64,000 bases of DNA, from the NCBI GenBank assembly GCA_051888935.1, contig JBJFCL010000006.1:10558-74557 (forward strand). Reading direction: 5' to 3'. Source of the DNA: Candidatus Caccovivens sp. (GTDB taxonomy: Bacteria; Bacillota; Clostridia; Christensenellales; UBA1242). Shown piece after piece: positions 9,901 to 19,375 of this stretch. The first letter of the stretch is position 1. Every line of letters begins with the position of its first letter. The notes beneath the pieces were generated by a model. It worked only from the letters and a program-made list of their open reading frames with translations, ran no database searches and was not told the DNA's origin. The translations under genes and the position numbers were made by a program.

Positions 9901-11230
9901 TATCTTCCTCCTTTTTCTTAGATTTATTTCCAACGCTCTCAAGGTCTTTAACCCCTTTTTGAGCGGACTGGAACTTGTCCACATTCTCCAGATTCATAGT
10001 ATCTCCCGTAACCCTATACATTTTTCCTATGCCATCTGGCAACATAGGTTGTCCAATATACTCACGCATTTCATCAATGTTAAGAATTCCATTTCTAGAA
10101 GCAACACTGAACAGTGCAGTCTTTGCGCTTAAAGTGCTAACACTTAAAGAAAAAACATCGAACTCAATTCTATGTCCTTGTCGAATTTCGGTGTTTGTAA
10201 ACAACTTATATGTAAGTTCTTGCTCTAGTTGAAGTGCAATCGGTTTGATGGTTTGAGCAATAAACATTTCTCTTTCGATTTCTGTAGCCTTATTGTTAAT
10301 AATTGCTTCACTTATTTTGAAATAGTTATAAACAACGTTAATCACAAAAGCCATAAGTTCTCGATTAACATCGTTTTCTTGCCAATTGACAGGCTGAATC
10401 TTCCATTGTGGATCTACATAAGCAATGCCATCAACATTTTCATCAAAGTTTGTTTTAAGAGCACTCATTGTTCCTTTCTTGTCTCTATCTTTAATATTTG
10501 GAGTGTTACCAACCGAACCTTGGAGAATTGCTTTTATTTTTTTAGGGTCAGTAATCTTCAATATCTGATTTGAAAGTGCTTGAATAACTGTTTCATATAA
10601 TCCTAGGTTTGTTTCTGCACCACCAGTAAATGAAGAAAACCTATTTATATAAACCAAATTGTTCAAGTTATGCTTCTCTTTTACTGCGCCTTTAGGCACA
10701 TCATAAAATTTGACAAAGGCATTAGAAGAATTAAACTCAAAATCGTAATACTTAAATGGAAGCGGATAAATTGCAGTAAACTCACCATTTTTTGAACTGA
10801 ACAATGGTTCTGCAAAGAAAACGCTATTTAGTAAGTATTGAGTTATTACCGTTTTCCAAAACTGAACACCATTTTGCAATTTATTTGGCTTTATATTTAA
10901 GATAAAGTCAAAGTTGTCATCTAAATACTTTGTCTCCCCTGATTTATTCACGATTTTATGATAAATTGGTATTGTTGCAAAGATATCAGCTACGGTTTCG
11001 ATTGCTGTTCGAACTTCTGGAATAGAGTAAATGTTGTTTGCATAACGGTAAACAAACAAATTAAAACTCTCTCCATAGAAATCCTGGATTAAACTGCGAT
11101 TCTCAATTTGTTGATTTCCTATTTGGTTACTAGACCCCTTTTTTTTGTTAAATATTCCCATATAAATATATATAAGTTCTCGAAATTTAGAAAAAGCCCT
11201 TTTTATGCCAAAATATTTAAAATTTTTCAA
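9890..11230 (-). CDS. Portal protein (HK97 family-like)
   Basis: 446 aa, upstream of the protease and capsid genes. The start is uncertain (11230 or ATG 11161). Confidence 0.8.
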   Translation of the reverse strand: MKNFKYFGIKRAFSKFRELIYIYMGIFNKKKGSSNQIGNQQIENRSLIQDFYGESFNLFVYRYANNIYSIPEVRTAIETVADIFATIPIYHKIVNKSGETKYLDDNFDFILNIKPNKLQNGVQFWKTVITQYLLNSVFFAEPLFSSKNGEFTAIYPLPFKYYDFEFNSSNAFVKFYDVPKGAVKEKHNLNNLVYINRFSSFTGGAETNLGLYETVIQALSNQILKITDPKKIKAILQGSVGNTPNIKDRDKKGTMSALKTNFDENVDGIAYVDPQWKIQPVNWQENDVNRELMAFVINVVYNYFKISEAIINNKATEIEREMFIAQTIKPIALQLEQELTYKLFTNTEIRQGHRIEFDVFSLSVSTLSAKTALFSVASRNGILNIDEMREYIGQPMLPDGIGKMYRVTGDTMNLENVDKFQSAQKGVKDLESVGNKSKKKEEDSGG

Positions 11231-11248
11231 AAATTTTGCTAAAAATGC

Positions 11249-11277
11249 TTGACATTATACGCTAAATGGCGTATAAT
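11249..11277 (+). promoter_or_regulatory. Consensus sigma-70-type promoter for hicAB
   Basis: TTGACA (11249-11254), a 17-nt spacer, then TATAAT (11272-11277). Confidence 0.6.
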
Positions 11278-11361
11278 ATTAGATATAAAGAATGAAAAAA
11301 AGTAAAAGTCGATATATTCTTTACTATTCAATAAGAATTTTTATTAAAAGGAATTAAACAA

Positions 11362-11544
11362 ATGAGGGCTACCGAATTAGAAAAACTTTTAATTAAAAAT
11401 GGTTGGAATCCTGTTAGACAAGTTGGTTCGCATAAAATGTTTAAAAAGCAAAACAATCCACATACAATTGCACTGCCAATACATAACAAAGATATACCAA
11501 TCGGAACATTAAATTCTATTTTGAAGCAAGCAGGGTTAAAATAG
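11362..11544 (+). CDS. hicA: HicA mRNA interferase toxin
   Basis: 60 aa. The sequence ATELEKLLIKNGW..RQVGSHKMF is the typical HicA/YcfA pattern. Confidence 0.85.
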   Translation: MRATELEKLLIKNGWNPVRQVGSHKMFKKQNNPHTIALPIHNKDIPIGTLNSILKQAGLK

Positions 11545-11656
11545 CCCTCGCTTGCACAAAATATACATACTACCGATAAATTTTGAATATATTTTTTTAG
11601 AATGTTTATAAAAATTTATAAAAAGTTGTAAAAATAAAAAAACAAAGGAGATAGTT

Positions 11657-12070
11657 ATGAAAAATAATATTTTAGTTTATCCAGCTATTTTTAGAAAAGA
11701 AGAAAACGGTTATAGTGTATTTATTCCAGATTTAGAAAATGCAACTTGTGGTCAAACATTAGAAGAAGCTATTTACATGGCAAAAGATTTAATTGGAGGA
11801 TTAGCTGTTTTTTACAAAGAAAATGAAAAGAAAGAATTACCTAAAGCTACAAATATTAAAGATATTAAACTCGAACAAGAAAACGATTTTGTATCATTAA
11901 TTGAAATTAATTATGATGAATATAAAAAATCTCTTATTAAATCAGTAAAGAAAACAGTATATATTCCTAGTGATTTAAATATGGAAGCGGAAGAACTTGG
12001 AATTAACTTTTCTCAAGTATTAAGAGAAGCTTTAAGAGTTGAATTAAATAGACAAAAAAAACAAGCTTAA
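11657..12070 (+). CDS. hicB: HicB antitoxin with a C-terminal RHH-like DNA-binding tail
   Basis: 137 aa. The N-terminus YPAIFRKEENGYSVFIPDL..GQTLEEA is a HicB fold pattern, and the gene is paired with hicA. Confidence 0.8.
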   Translation: MKNNILVYPAIFRKEENGYSVFIPDLENATCGQTLEEAIYMAKDLIGGLAVFYKENEKKELPKATNIKDIKLEQENDFVSLIEINYDEYKKSLIKSVKKTVYIPSDLNMEAEELGINFSQVLREALRVELNRQKKQA

Positions 12071-12084
12071 TTGCTTGTTTTTTA
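12055..12084. terminator. Bidirectional hairpin terminator between hicB and terL
   Basis: AAACAAGC/GCTTGTTT stem flanked by an A-run and a T-run. Confidence 0.6.
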
Positions 12085-13845
12085 TTATATCTGAAAATAT
12101 TGAGGAAGCTCTGCTTCATATAAAGGCTTCGCTCGTTCATAAGCAACAAATGCCATAAATATGCCCATTGCACCATCTATATGCCCTGTTGATTTGCTTT
12201 TATGTGGAGATAAATTGTTGTTTGTATCAATTTTTACCTTTAAGTTGTAAAAGCAATAAGGCAAAAGTTTATTTGTTTTATCATAAAGCATTTGACCGGA
12301 ATTAAATAAGCTCTTTGTAATCTTTATAGCAGGGCTTAGAGTAATCGGCCCTTGTCTTACAGGCGTAAAAATTCCAAAATCTCTTACTTCAACACCATTT
12401 TCATTTTTTGTAATAGTTTCAGAAACAAATCCATATTCAGGACCAATGTTCACAATTTCCTTAGACATCCATGGATCGTAGCCAAGTTTTAAAATGTTAA
12501 TCTTAAAATCATCTCTACAACTGCAGAACCAATCAAGCACTGAACGCTGATTTACATAATTGCCAGGAGTGATTACAACTAATTTTTTTATTATTTCAAC
12601 ATCACTTGGACAGCAAGTCAAAACTTGATAATTTTCTTTATCATTTTTACTATTTCGCTCGAGACAGTTCTGGGCTATAAAATAAGCTTGAATAATTCTA
12701 AATTTTGCATCATCACCCAGGATTAATAATGTCGCATTGCAAAGGTCTGTAGTTTCAGACAAATCAAGTCCAGCCACAGCATAACTATCAATTATTTGAG
12801 AAGTTTCGAATTTGGAAGCGGCTTTTTTAATGATTGGCATATCAAAATAAGATATACTTGCACCAATTTGTCGGTTTAAATGTTTAGATAAAAACTGACT
12901 ATACATAATTGGATCATCTTTCATCTTATAAAATTGCCCTTGCAAAAATTCTAATGTCGGCCTACCTTCAATCATAGAAGGGTTTGCTTTTATCCAACAT
13001 CTTGAATCTGTAGGGTTGTCAGTTTCGTCAATATCATAAATAACAGGAAGAACGCGATCAACATCTTCAAACTTTGATTTACTTAAAATTGCTTTATTTC
13101 TTTCAAGCAGCTTTTCATATACAGAATCCAGAACAACACCAGCTGTACTTATAACAATTGCAACCGGCTGCCTTCTGGCGCCTTGTCCAGTAACCTTTGA
13201 AGTATATTGATTATAATTTGTAACTTCGTGTGCTTCATCCAGAATAAAGAAGCTGTTGTTGTCACCATCTTTTCCTTTCTCTCTCCCGGAAAGATATGTA
13301 AACTCACCTTCGTTTTTCAAGCACCTTAGAACTTCTTCTTTTTTAAATTCTTTAAATATATCTTTAAAAACAGGATCTTTCGATGCTCGACAAACTAAGT
13401 CGTAAAGTTTCTTTGCTTGTCTTGCATTTTCTGCCAACACAGTTCCATAAGCGCCAGGTTCTTTATCAAATCCCAAGAACCATAATGCTAAAGCTGATAT
13501 AAACAAAGTTTTACCCCACTTTCTAGCTACAAAAATATTAAGTTCTCGAAAATATCTTAGCCACATATTGTGCGTTTTGCTGTATGTCTTTATTCCCAGA
13601 AAACTTGCTGCAATAAATTTTTGCTCCTGGTTTAACAAAAATGATTTTCCGGCCCACTCTCCTTCTTTATGCTTCAAAAGTCTACAAAACTTTTCAAACA
13701 TAATCGGATCACTTTCTTTATACTCAATATCTTTCCTTTTTAAAAGTTTTTCAATGAGTTTAACAAGTTGATGCATATCTTGGCCGAAATCTTGAGGTCT
13801 TTTGTGTTTAACATATTCACAATAATCAGTTATCCAAGATATCAT
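12085..13845 (-). CDS. Terminase large subunit
   Basis: 586 aa with a Walker A-like ARKWGKT, a Walker B FFILDEAHE and a C-terminal nuclease-like half. It follows TerS. Confidence 0.9.
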   Translation of the reverse strand: MISWITDYCEYVKHKRPQDFGQDMHQLVKLIEKLLKRKDIEYKESDPIMFEKFCRLLKHKEGEWAGKSFLLNQEQKFIAASFLGIKTYSKTHNMWLRYFRELNIFVARKWGKTLFISALALWFLGFDKEPGAYGTVLAENARQAKKLYDLVCRASKDPVFKDIFKEFKKEEVLRCLKNEGEFTYLSGREKGKDGDNNSFFILDEAHEVTNYNQYTSKVTGQGARRQPVAIVISTAGVVLDSVYEKLLERNKAILSKSKFEDVDRVLPVIYDIDETDNPTDSRCWIKANPSMIEGRPTLEFLQGQFYKMKDDPIMYSQFLSKHLNRQIGASISYFDMPIIKKAASKFETSQIIDSYAVAGLDLSETTDLCNATLLILGDDAKFRIIQAYFIAQNCLERNSKNDKENYQVLTCCPSDVEIIKKLVVITPGNYVNQRSVLDWFCSCRDDFKINILKLGYDPWMSKEIVNIGPEYGFVSETITKNENGVEVRDFGIFTPVRQGPITLSPAIKITKSLFNSGQMLYDKTNKLLPYCFYNLKVKIDTNNNLSPHKSKSTGHIDGAMGIFMAFVAYERAKPLYEAELPQYFQI

Positions 13846-13860
13846 GATATCGCTCTCCTT

Positions 13861-14376
13861 TTAATCTGACCTCGAGTTTAACATTGCATAAATGTCTTGT
13901 TCCTTCTTTGCATTAGCAGCTTTTAAGCCAACTCTTGCTCGTGCGAGTGGACTCAATCCTAATTGATCAAAGAATTTTAAACATAGTTCTGCATTTTCTT
14001 TTCGTTTTTTGTAATTTGGATTTGGTTTTACCACTTTTTTCTTAACACCATTTTTATCAACACCGGCGTCAACAAGAATAAATTCGCTTGGATGTTTTTT
14101 TATAGCGGCATCTGCTTCGTCTGCTGCAACTTTTGCACGACAATACAGTTCCATAAGATGAACATCTGCATCACTAACCATACACCCAACTGTTTGCCTA
14201 AATATATTCACAAGCCAATTCCAAACTTCAAGTTCTTTTTCGTTCAAAGATTTTGGTGGAACAAAATTCTGGCTCTCATAAACAGGTGTATTGTCTTGAA
14301 TACTCTGCACATCTTCTTTTGTTTTTCTGCTAACTTCATTGTCTTGAATTACTTTTGGATTCCTTCCTTTCGGCAT
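13861..14376 (-). CDS. Terminase small subunit (P27-family-like)
   Basis: 171 aa immediately upstream of TerL, with the C-terminal motif LGLSPLARARVGL. Confidence 0.7.
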   Translation of the reverse strand: MPKGRNPKVIQDNEVSRKTKEDVQSIQDNTPVYESQNFVPPKSLNEKELEVWNWLVNIFRQTVGCMVSDADVHLMELYCRAKVAADEADAAIKKHPSEFILVDAGVDKNGVKKKVVKPNPNYKKRKENAELCLKFFDQLGLSPLARARVGLKAANAKKEQDIYAMLNSRSD

Positions 14377-15005
14377 TATATTTCTCCTTTCTCTATTTGG
14401 TCTAAATCTTTTTTTGCAATAGAATATTGCACAATTTTTTCTTCGTTGTCAAAAAACGCCGTGGTTGCTGATGATTTTTTTCTAATCTTCTCGCAAACTT
14501 GCTTGGTGTTGTCTTTTACTGCCTGTTTAACAATTTCTTTTGCTCCAGCTTTCATTTTTTCATATTCAGCCTTTTCAATCACATAGAAGTCTTTATCTTT
14601 CATCTCAAACAACTCTGCGTATCTATTGAGTTCCTCATCTTTTTCTTTGAGTTGTTTATTAAGACTGTTAATCAATTCTTCTTGTTGAAAAATCAGTGTA
14701 TTTGGATTATTTATGATTTCTTTTGCTTGTTTCAACTGTTCATCTTTTTCTTTGAGTTGTTGTTTGAGTTGTTGGTTTTCTTTCCTTAATTCGTAATCGA
14801 ATTTGTTAGTTTCAGTTTTGTAGTATTGAACAATTCTTAATTCTTCTTCCAACTCTTTTATTCGCTTGTCTTGTTGGTTGAGTAAACCAATACATCTGTC
14901 TATTGTAACAATAATTGGTTTTTTCTCAATAGTGTCATATATGGTTCTAGTAATGATACCATTATCATCTGGGTCATATTTGATATATCTCTCTTTTTCT
15001 TCCAT
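14376..15005 (-). CDS. Hypothetical coiled-coil phage protein
   Basis: 209-aa ORF abutting TerS, with heptad-rich E/K/Q sequence. Confidence 0.5.
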   Translation of the reverse strand: MEEKERYIKYDPDDNGIITRTIYDTIEKKPIIVTIDRCIGLLNQQDKRIKELEEELRIVQYYKTETNKFDYELRKENQQLKQQLKEKDEQLKQAKEIINNPNTLIFQQEELINSLNKQLKEKDEELNRYAELFEMKDKDFYVIEKAEYEKMKAGAKEIVKQAVKDNTKQVCEKIRKKSSATTAFFDNEEKIVQYSIAKKDLDQIEKGEI

Positions 15006-15014
15006 AACTACTCC

Positions 15015-15311
15015 TTATTCCCAATATCGTTTTATAACTCTCATTGTTTGTTTTTCAAAAGCACCTAAACATCTATTTTCTGCAAATGTATTACACCAAA
15101 TATAATTGATAAGTTCATCAACGGTTGCACCAATAGAATTACCTCTTGTTCCAATTTCTTGTCCTTCAACAACCAACCTTTCTTTTTCTTCGTTGCAAAT
15201 ATAGTCATAATCAGTAATTCCAAACACATCGCATATCGGCTTTATTACTTCCAAAACTCTTTCTCTTTTTGTTTTATCTTTTGTTTCGTGTTCCAAATAA
15301 AAATCTTTCAT
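15015..15311 (-). CDS. Hypothetical phage protein
   Basis: 98-aa ORF in a co-directional operon. Confidence 0.45.
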   Translation of the reverse strand: MKDFYLEHETKDKTKRERVLEVIKPICDVFGITDYDYICNEEKERLVVEGQEIGTRGNSIGATVDELINYIWCNTFAENRCLGAFEKQTMRVIKRYWE

Positions 15312-15592
15312 AACTCACTCCTACTTTCTCCTACTTTTAATATCTCGGCATCATGTTCTGCTTGGTCTAAAAATTCTTTAACAAGTGCCTCTTGCGAATT
15401 TTCAGGTAATTTTTCCTTATATCTTAATTCTTCTAAAATCTCGATTTCTCTACAAGCCAATTCTAAAGCCATCCTTGTTTTCTTAAGTTTGGATTTGAGT
15501 TCAATATTTTCGGCTCGAAATTTATAAAGTCGTGTTTTATATTGCCGGCTCTGTCTAAACAATTTCGCATAGTCTCTATCTTTAACTTCCAT
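15308..15592 (-). CDS. Hypothetical phage protein
   Basis: 94-aa ORF with 4-nt overlaps on its neighbours. Confidence 0.45.
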   Translation of the reverse strand: MEVKDRDYAKLFRQSRQYKTRLYKFRAENIELKSKLKKTRMALELACREIEILEELRYKEKLPENSQEALVKEFLDQAEHDAEILKVGESRSEL

Positions 15593-15783
15593 TAAATCTC
15601 TCCGACTTTTGATTTAATCACCGCCTCCACACTGTCAATCATTTTGCTGACCTTCGATTTGTGATCAGATATCTTAAGTTTCTTTTCGACTTTTGCCAAC
15701 TCAATAAAATCTTGAGTATTTGAAATTAAGCTTTGTGCAGCTTCTATTTGTTCTTTTGATTTCATACTTCCTCCTATATCCAC
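15592..15783 (-). CDS. Hypothetical phage protein
   Basis: 63-aa ORF abutting its neighbours. Confidence 0.4.
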   Translation of the reverse strand: MDIGGSMKSKEQIEAAQSLISNTQDFIELAKVEKKLKISDHKSKVSKMIDSVEAVIKSKVGEI

Positions 15784-16382
15784 TCAATTATTGTTTTTCC
15801 TTTCCAACCCTTTTCCCAAACAAACCAGGCGTATGCAACTGCACTGCCACCGCATTTCTTCATTTTTTCAAACTCCGCGTTCTTGGCGCAAAGAACTCTT
15901 TCAGAAAATACATAAACAACTTTTGGTGGATTGTTTTTAAAAATTTCTTTAAATCTTGATTTACCTTCCAAAAAAGTAAGTTTTAAAAACATGCATGCTT
16001 TATAACCCGGTGCAAGAATTTCTAAAGCTTTTAAAACAAACTCTTTCGCAAATTTATAAGGCGGGTTTGTTACTATATCGCGACAGCACGAATTTACCCC
16101 CCCCACTTTGAGAAAATCTTGTATTTGATCTATGTCGTTTTTTCGTTTCACGATATCACTCGTAAACACTTGGAATCCTCGACTTTTTAATCTGTCAGCC
16201 AAATGATTTTCACCGCAAGCACATTCCCATATAGTGCAATTCAATGTCTCTATTTCTATGAGTTTGTCTATCGCAATTGGATCTGTAGCATAATAATCAT
16301 TTTCTTCTCGAACTTCTTCTGTGTGATTAGATGCTCCAAGTGTTTTATAAATGCTGTTTGAATTTCCGCTCCAATCTTTCAC
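15774..16382 (-). CDS. Orphan DNA methyltransferase (NPPY, probably N6-adenine)
   Basis: Has a motif I-like WECACGENH followed by motif IV IVTNPPY. No restriction partner is nearby. Confidence 0.7.
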   Translation of the reverse strand: MKDWSGNSNSIYKTLGASNHTEEVREENDYYATDPIAIDKLIEIETLNCTIWECACGENHLADRLKSRGFQVFTSDIVKRKNDIDQIQDFLKVGGVNSCCRDIVTNPPYKFAKEFVLKALEILAPGYKACMFLKLTFLEGKSRFKEIFKNNPPKVVYVFSERVLCAKNAEFEKMKKCGGSAVAYAWFVWEKGWKGKTIIEWI

Positions 16383-16385
16383 TAA

Positions 16386-16664
16386 TTATTCCTCCCATAT
16401 TTTGAGAAAGTCTGACAAACTTCCACCACGACCATGTCTTGCATTATGGCACTCTTTACACAGAAGAATTAGATTTGAATATTCCAGGCGCTTATTCCAA
16501 TTCTTTTCAACCGGCACAATGTGGTGAACATCAACGCCAGCTCTGACAACACCGGCCTTTAAACATTGTTCACACAATCCTTCTGCCTCCTGGAATTTTC
16601 TACTCTTTATCTGCTTCCACTCTTTCGAGTTGTAGAAAGATTTATATTTTTTGTGATAATTCAT
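16386..16664 (-). CDS. HNH endonuclease (packaging-associated type)
   Basis: Carries CEQC..HHIVP..CKECHN. It is the first gene of the late operon upstream of the terminase genes. Confidence 0.8.
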   Translation of the reverse strand: MNYHKKYKSFYNSKEWKQIKSRKFQEAEGLCEQCLKAGVVRAGVDVHHIVPVEKNWNKRLEYSNLILLCKECHNARHGRGGSLSDFLKIWEE

Positions 16665-16786
16665 CTACCGTTTGCCTTCCTTTCTCTACTAAAATTTTTA
16701 TTTTTTCGATTCGCAATTAATATGCCTTTGTCGCGCGGTCTTTGACGAATCAATTTTTTTTGAATTACCCCAGGGGGGTATGATTT

Positions 16787-16887
16787 GTTGCAAATGTAGC
16801 AAATGTAGCACTTTTTATATAAATTTTTACATTTAATTTCTATAAGAACTTTATATAAATTCTGCTACAAATGCTACAAATGCTACA
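16787..16887. repeat. Inverted arrays of 9-bp tandem repeats (core TGTAGCA / TGCTACA) flanking an AT-rich spacer
   Basis: GCAAATGTAGCAAATGTAGCA lies at 16787-16807 and GCTACAAATGCTACAAATGCTACAAAA at 16861-16887. Confidence 0.75.
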
Positions 16888-16894
16888 AAACCAT

Positions 16895-18361
16895 CTAAAA
16901 TGGCAGCGTGTCATCAACAATTTCTTCAAGTTCATATTGTTGAGAAATAGGTTTAATTAGTGAAAATCCTTGAACCCATCCACGCGCTGCAACAGACTCT
17001 CCACGCGAATTGTAATGTCTTGCTTGTCTATCATCAACAGTTGCTCCACACCTTGCCAATCTTTCCTTGAATGTCTTCTTTGCCATTTGACTATAGCCAC
17101 CTTTCTCACACCACTCACAATAACTGTTCCATACATTGCTGAAGGTTTCCCAACACTTCTTATCTTCATAAAGTTGTTCTTTAGTAAACAACAAAACATT
17201 GTTCGAATTATATTGATACTGTTCAATTGTTTCTTTAGTAGAATCCGGCATTACAAATCCTTCTTTGTTAAGTTTCTCATAATAAGGTATCAACATATTG
17301 AATATTCCACTTGTCTCGGCCTTGAGCTTGTCCTTTAATCCAAGGTCTCTTTCGTTAACTTCGAAATGTCTATCAAAACAAATCAAATGAATTCTATTAG
17401 ATCTAAATATGCTGTCCTCACTCATTTTTGGAAGAACGTTCGTATTGATTAAAATCTTAAACTGTGGCACAAAATCAAACTCTGATTTTTGATATAAAAA
17501 TCTAGCTGTGATTGTATCTCCACCGGTGAGTTCTTTCATAAGTGCAATGTCAAGCATCATATTGTCTTCGATTTCGTTTACATTGGCTAAGCGAGTGTTC
17601 TTCAGCTTAGCAATATCAGGTGTCGCATTGCTTCCACCTGTGTTAAATTGTTTCTTTGTGATGGAAGCGGCTTTGAGTGTTTTTGCATAACTACCCATCA
17701 AGTGTGTTAAAGTCCCAACGAAAGTGCCCTTACCGTTCCTGGTCTTATCTCCGTAAAGAACAAAGAAACATTCTCTTGAGGTGTCACCCGTTAAACAATA
17801 AGCAGCAATTTTCATAAGATAATCAATCTTTGTGGGATCGTTATTCATTACTTCATTGAGATATTGCTCAAATCGTGGACACTGTGCATTTGGATCATAA
17901 ACAACATTTGAAATGTCAGTGAGATAATCAGTTTTTTCAAAATCTCTAAAGATTTTTCTTTTGAAATCGTAAGTACCATTTTGACAGTTAAATAGAAATT
18001 TGTGCTTATCGAAGATAGAAGTATTTACTGGCGCCACACTCATTGAATCTCGCAAAATTGTATCACGATAATTCCTGGTCAATAGCTTTGAATAAAACTT
18101 ATTCAAACTTGTAGCTTCTCCATCGGCCAAGTTTGGATTTGATGCTATTTCCTTTAAACAGTATGTAGCCATCTTTTTCAAAAGTTCATTAACTTTTCCA
18201 CCGTCTTTTGCATCACGCTCCCAGAATTTTCCGTTCCAGATATACCAACCTGTATCCTTGCAAAACACAAGCTCGTCATTAAACATGTCAACAAACAGCT
18301 TCGAAATACCTATATCATTAGCAGGATATTCTGGATTCCTTAAAAATTTAATTTTATTCAT
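16895..18361 (-). CDS. Phage/plasmid primase-helicase (P4/D5 family-like)
   Basis: 488 aa with a P-loop GDKTRNGKGT and D5_N-like flanks. It sits in the replication module. Confidence 0.8.
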   Translation of the reverse strand: MNKIKFLRNPEYPANDIGISKLFVDMFNDELVFCKDTGWYIWNGKFWERDAKDGGKVNELLKKMATYCLKEIASNPNLADGEATSLNKFYSKLLTRNYRDTILRDSMSVAPVNTSIFDKHKFLFNCQNGTYDFKRKIFRDFEKTDYLTDISNVVYDPNAQCPRFEQYLNEVMNNDPTKIDYLMKIAAYCLTGDTSRECFFVLYGDKTRNGKGTFVGTLTHLMGSYAKTLKAASITKKQFNTGGSNATPDIAKLKNTRLANVNEIEDNMMLDIALMKELTGGDTITARFLYQKSEFDFVPQFKILINTNVLPKMSEDSIFRSNRIHLICFDRHFEVNERDLGLKDKLKAETSGIFNMLIPYYEKLNKEGFVMPDSTKETIEQYQYNSNNVLLFTKEQLYEDKKCWETFSNVWNSYCEWCEKGGYSQMAKKTFKERLARCGATVDDRQARHYNSRGESVAARGWVQGFSLIKPISQQYELEEIVDDTLPF

Positions 18362-18376
18362 TCATTCCTCCTAAAC

Positions 18377-18550
18377 TCAATCCTTTGTGGCTAACTTATA
18401 GCGAATTGTTTTTTCAGTTTCGACAGGTTTAAAATTCTTGTCGCACAACCAAAACTCTTTGCCATTGTTCAAATAAACGATAATTACATCAGATTTTTCA
18501 ATCGTTTTTGAAATTGAGCTTCGTGAAAATGTTATAAATTCTTGTTTCAT
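18377..18550 (-). CDS. Small hypothetical phage protein (57 aa)
   Basis: My own translation (below the ORF-track cutoff). ATG at 18550 follows GGAGAAAG and fills the gap between two replication genes. Confidence 0.4.
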   Translation of the reverse strand: MKQEFITFSRSSISKTIEKSDVIIVYLNNGKEFWLCDKNFKPVETEKTIRYKLATKD

Positions 18551-18558
18551 ACTTTCTC

Positions 18559-19149
18559 CTATTTTGTGAACATAATTTTTGCTTCAAATTCATCTATTTT
18601 AAAATTATGGATATATGCATCTGCTTCAAGCATGTTTAATATGTTGACAGCTTCCCAAAATCGTTTATCAACATTAGAGAACCAATTGTCTACCATATAG
18701 TCGGGAGTTGATATGTTGTAATCCACTTCTTCTGGTTTGTATAAAACAAAGTGCTTCCAAGCTTGTAGATATTCTTCCTTAAGTTGTTCAAGTTCTATTT
18801 CTTTTTGTTTATGTTCGTAAATATCTATTTGGCGTTTTCGAATACTTGCTTTTTGCTGTGGAGTTAGATCTTGCGACAGAAGACCTAACCCGAAATCAGA
18901 ATTTATTTTAATAATTGCATCTTTAAAAGAAAGATTGAACAATGACTTAACAAACGACACAGCATTTCCCTTTGCATCGCAACCAAAACAGTGAAATTGA
19001 ATATCATTCACCTTGCAAGAACCTGTGTCCTCAAGGTGAAATGGACACCTGCAAAATCCAGCACGATTTAATTCATAACCATAAAATTTGAAAACTTCCT
19101 TGAGGTTGATATAACTGTCAAGGACTTTGCTAACTTCGTATTCCGTCAT
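18559..19149 (-). CDS. CHC2 zinc-finger primase-like protein
   Basis: Carries CRCPFHLEDTGSCKV..FHCFGCDAKGNAVSFV, the DnaG-type Zn finger pattern. Confidence 0.65.
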   Translation of the reverse strand: MTEYEVSKVLDSYINLKEVFKFYGYELNRAGFCRCPFHLEDTGSCKVNDIQFHCFGCDAKGNAVSFVKSLFNLSFKDAIIKINSDFGLGLLSQDLTPQQKASIRKRQIDIYEHKQKEIELEQLKEEYLQAWKHFVLYKPEEVDYNISTPDYMVDNWFSNVDKRFWEAVNILNMLEADAYIHNFKIDEFEAKIMFTK

Positions 19150-19375
19150 CTGCTATAAATCCTTTTATTAGTTCTACAGTGTCTACGACTGACATAGTTT
19201 CAACATACATTTCTCCATCATCGAAATAGCAAACTGTCAAATTCTCTTCTTCAAGCATGCCTTCCATGACTGTAACACCATGGCAATACATTTGGTCAGA
19301 GTGCATCTCGTAGTCGATGCCATTTAAATCAAGATAATATTTTAGGCGCTTAATTGCTAAATTCTCCTTCATCAT
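19130..19375 (-). CDS. Hypothetical phage protein
   Basis: 81-aa ORF in the operon. Confidence 0.4.
   Translation of the reverse strand: MMKENLAIKRLKYYLDLNGIDYEMHSDQMYCHGVTVMEGMLEEENLTVCYFDDGEMYVETMSVVDTVELIKGFIADDGIRS

Noticed and set aside
9890-9984. There is an apparent 95-nt overlap between the portal and protease ORFs.
   Set aside because: It is resolved by a GTG start at 9900 with a strong AAGGAGGA RBS. The upstream extension is an ORF-caller artefact.
16787-16887. The short tandem repeats were checked as a possible CRISPR array, and the whole window was scanned for others.
   Set aside because: The repeat unit is only 9 bp with no spacers and there are no cas genes. No repeat-spacer architecture is seen anywhere in 1-64000.
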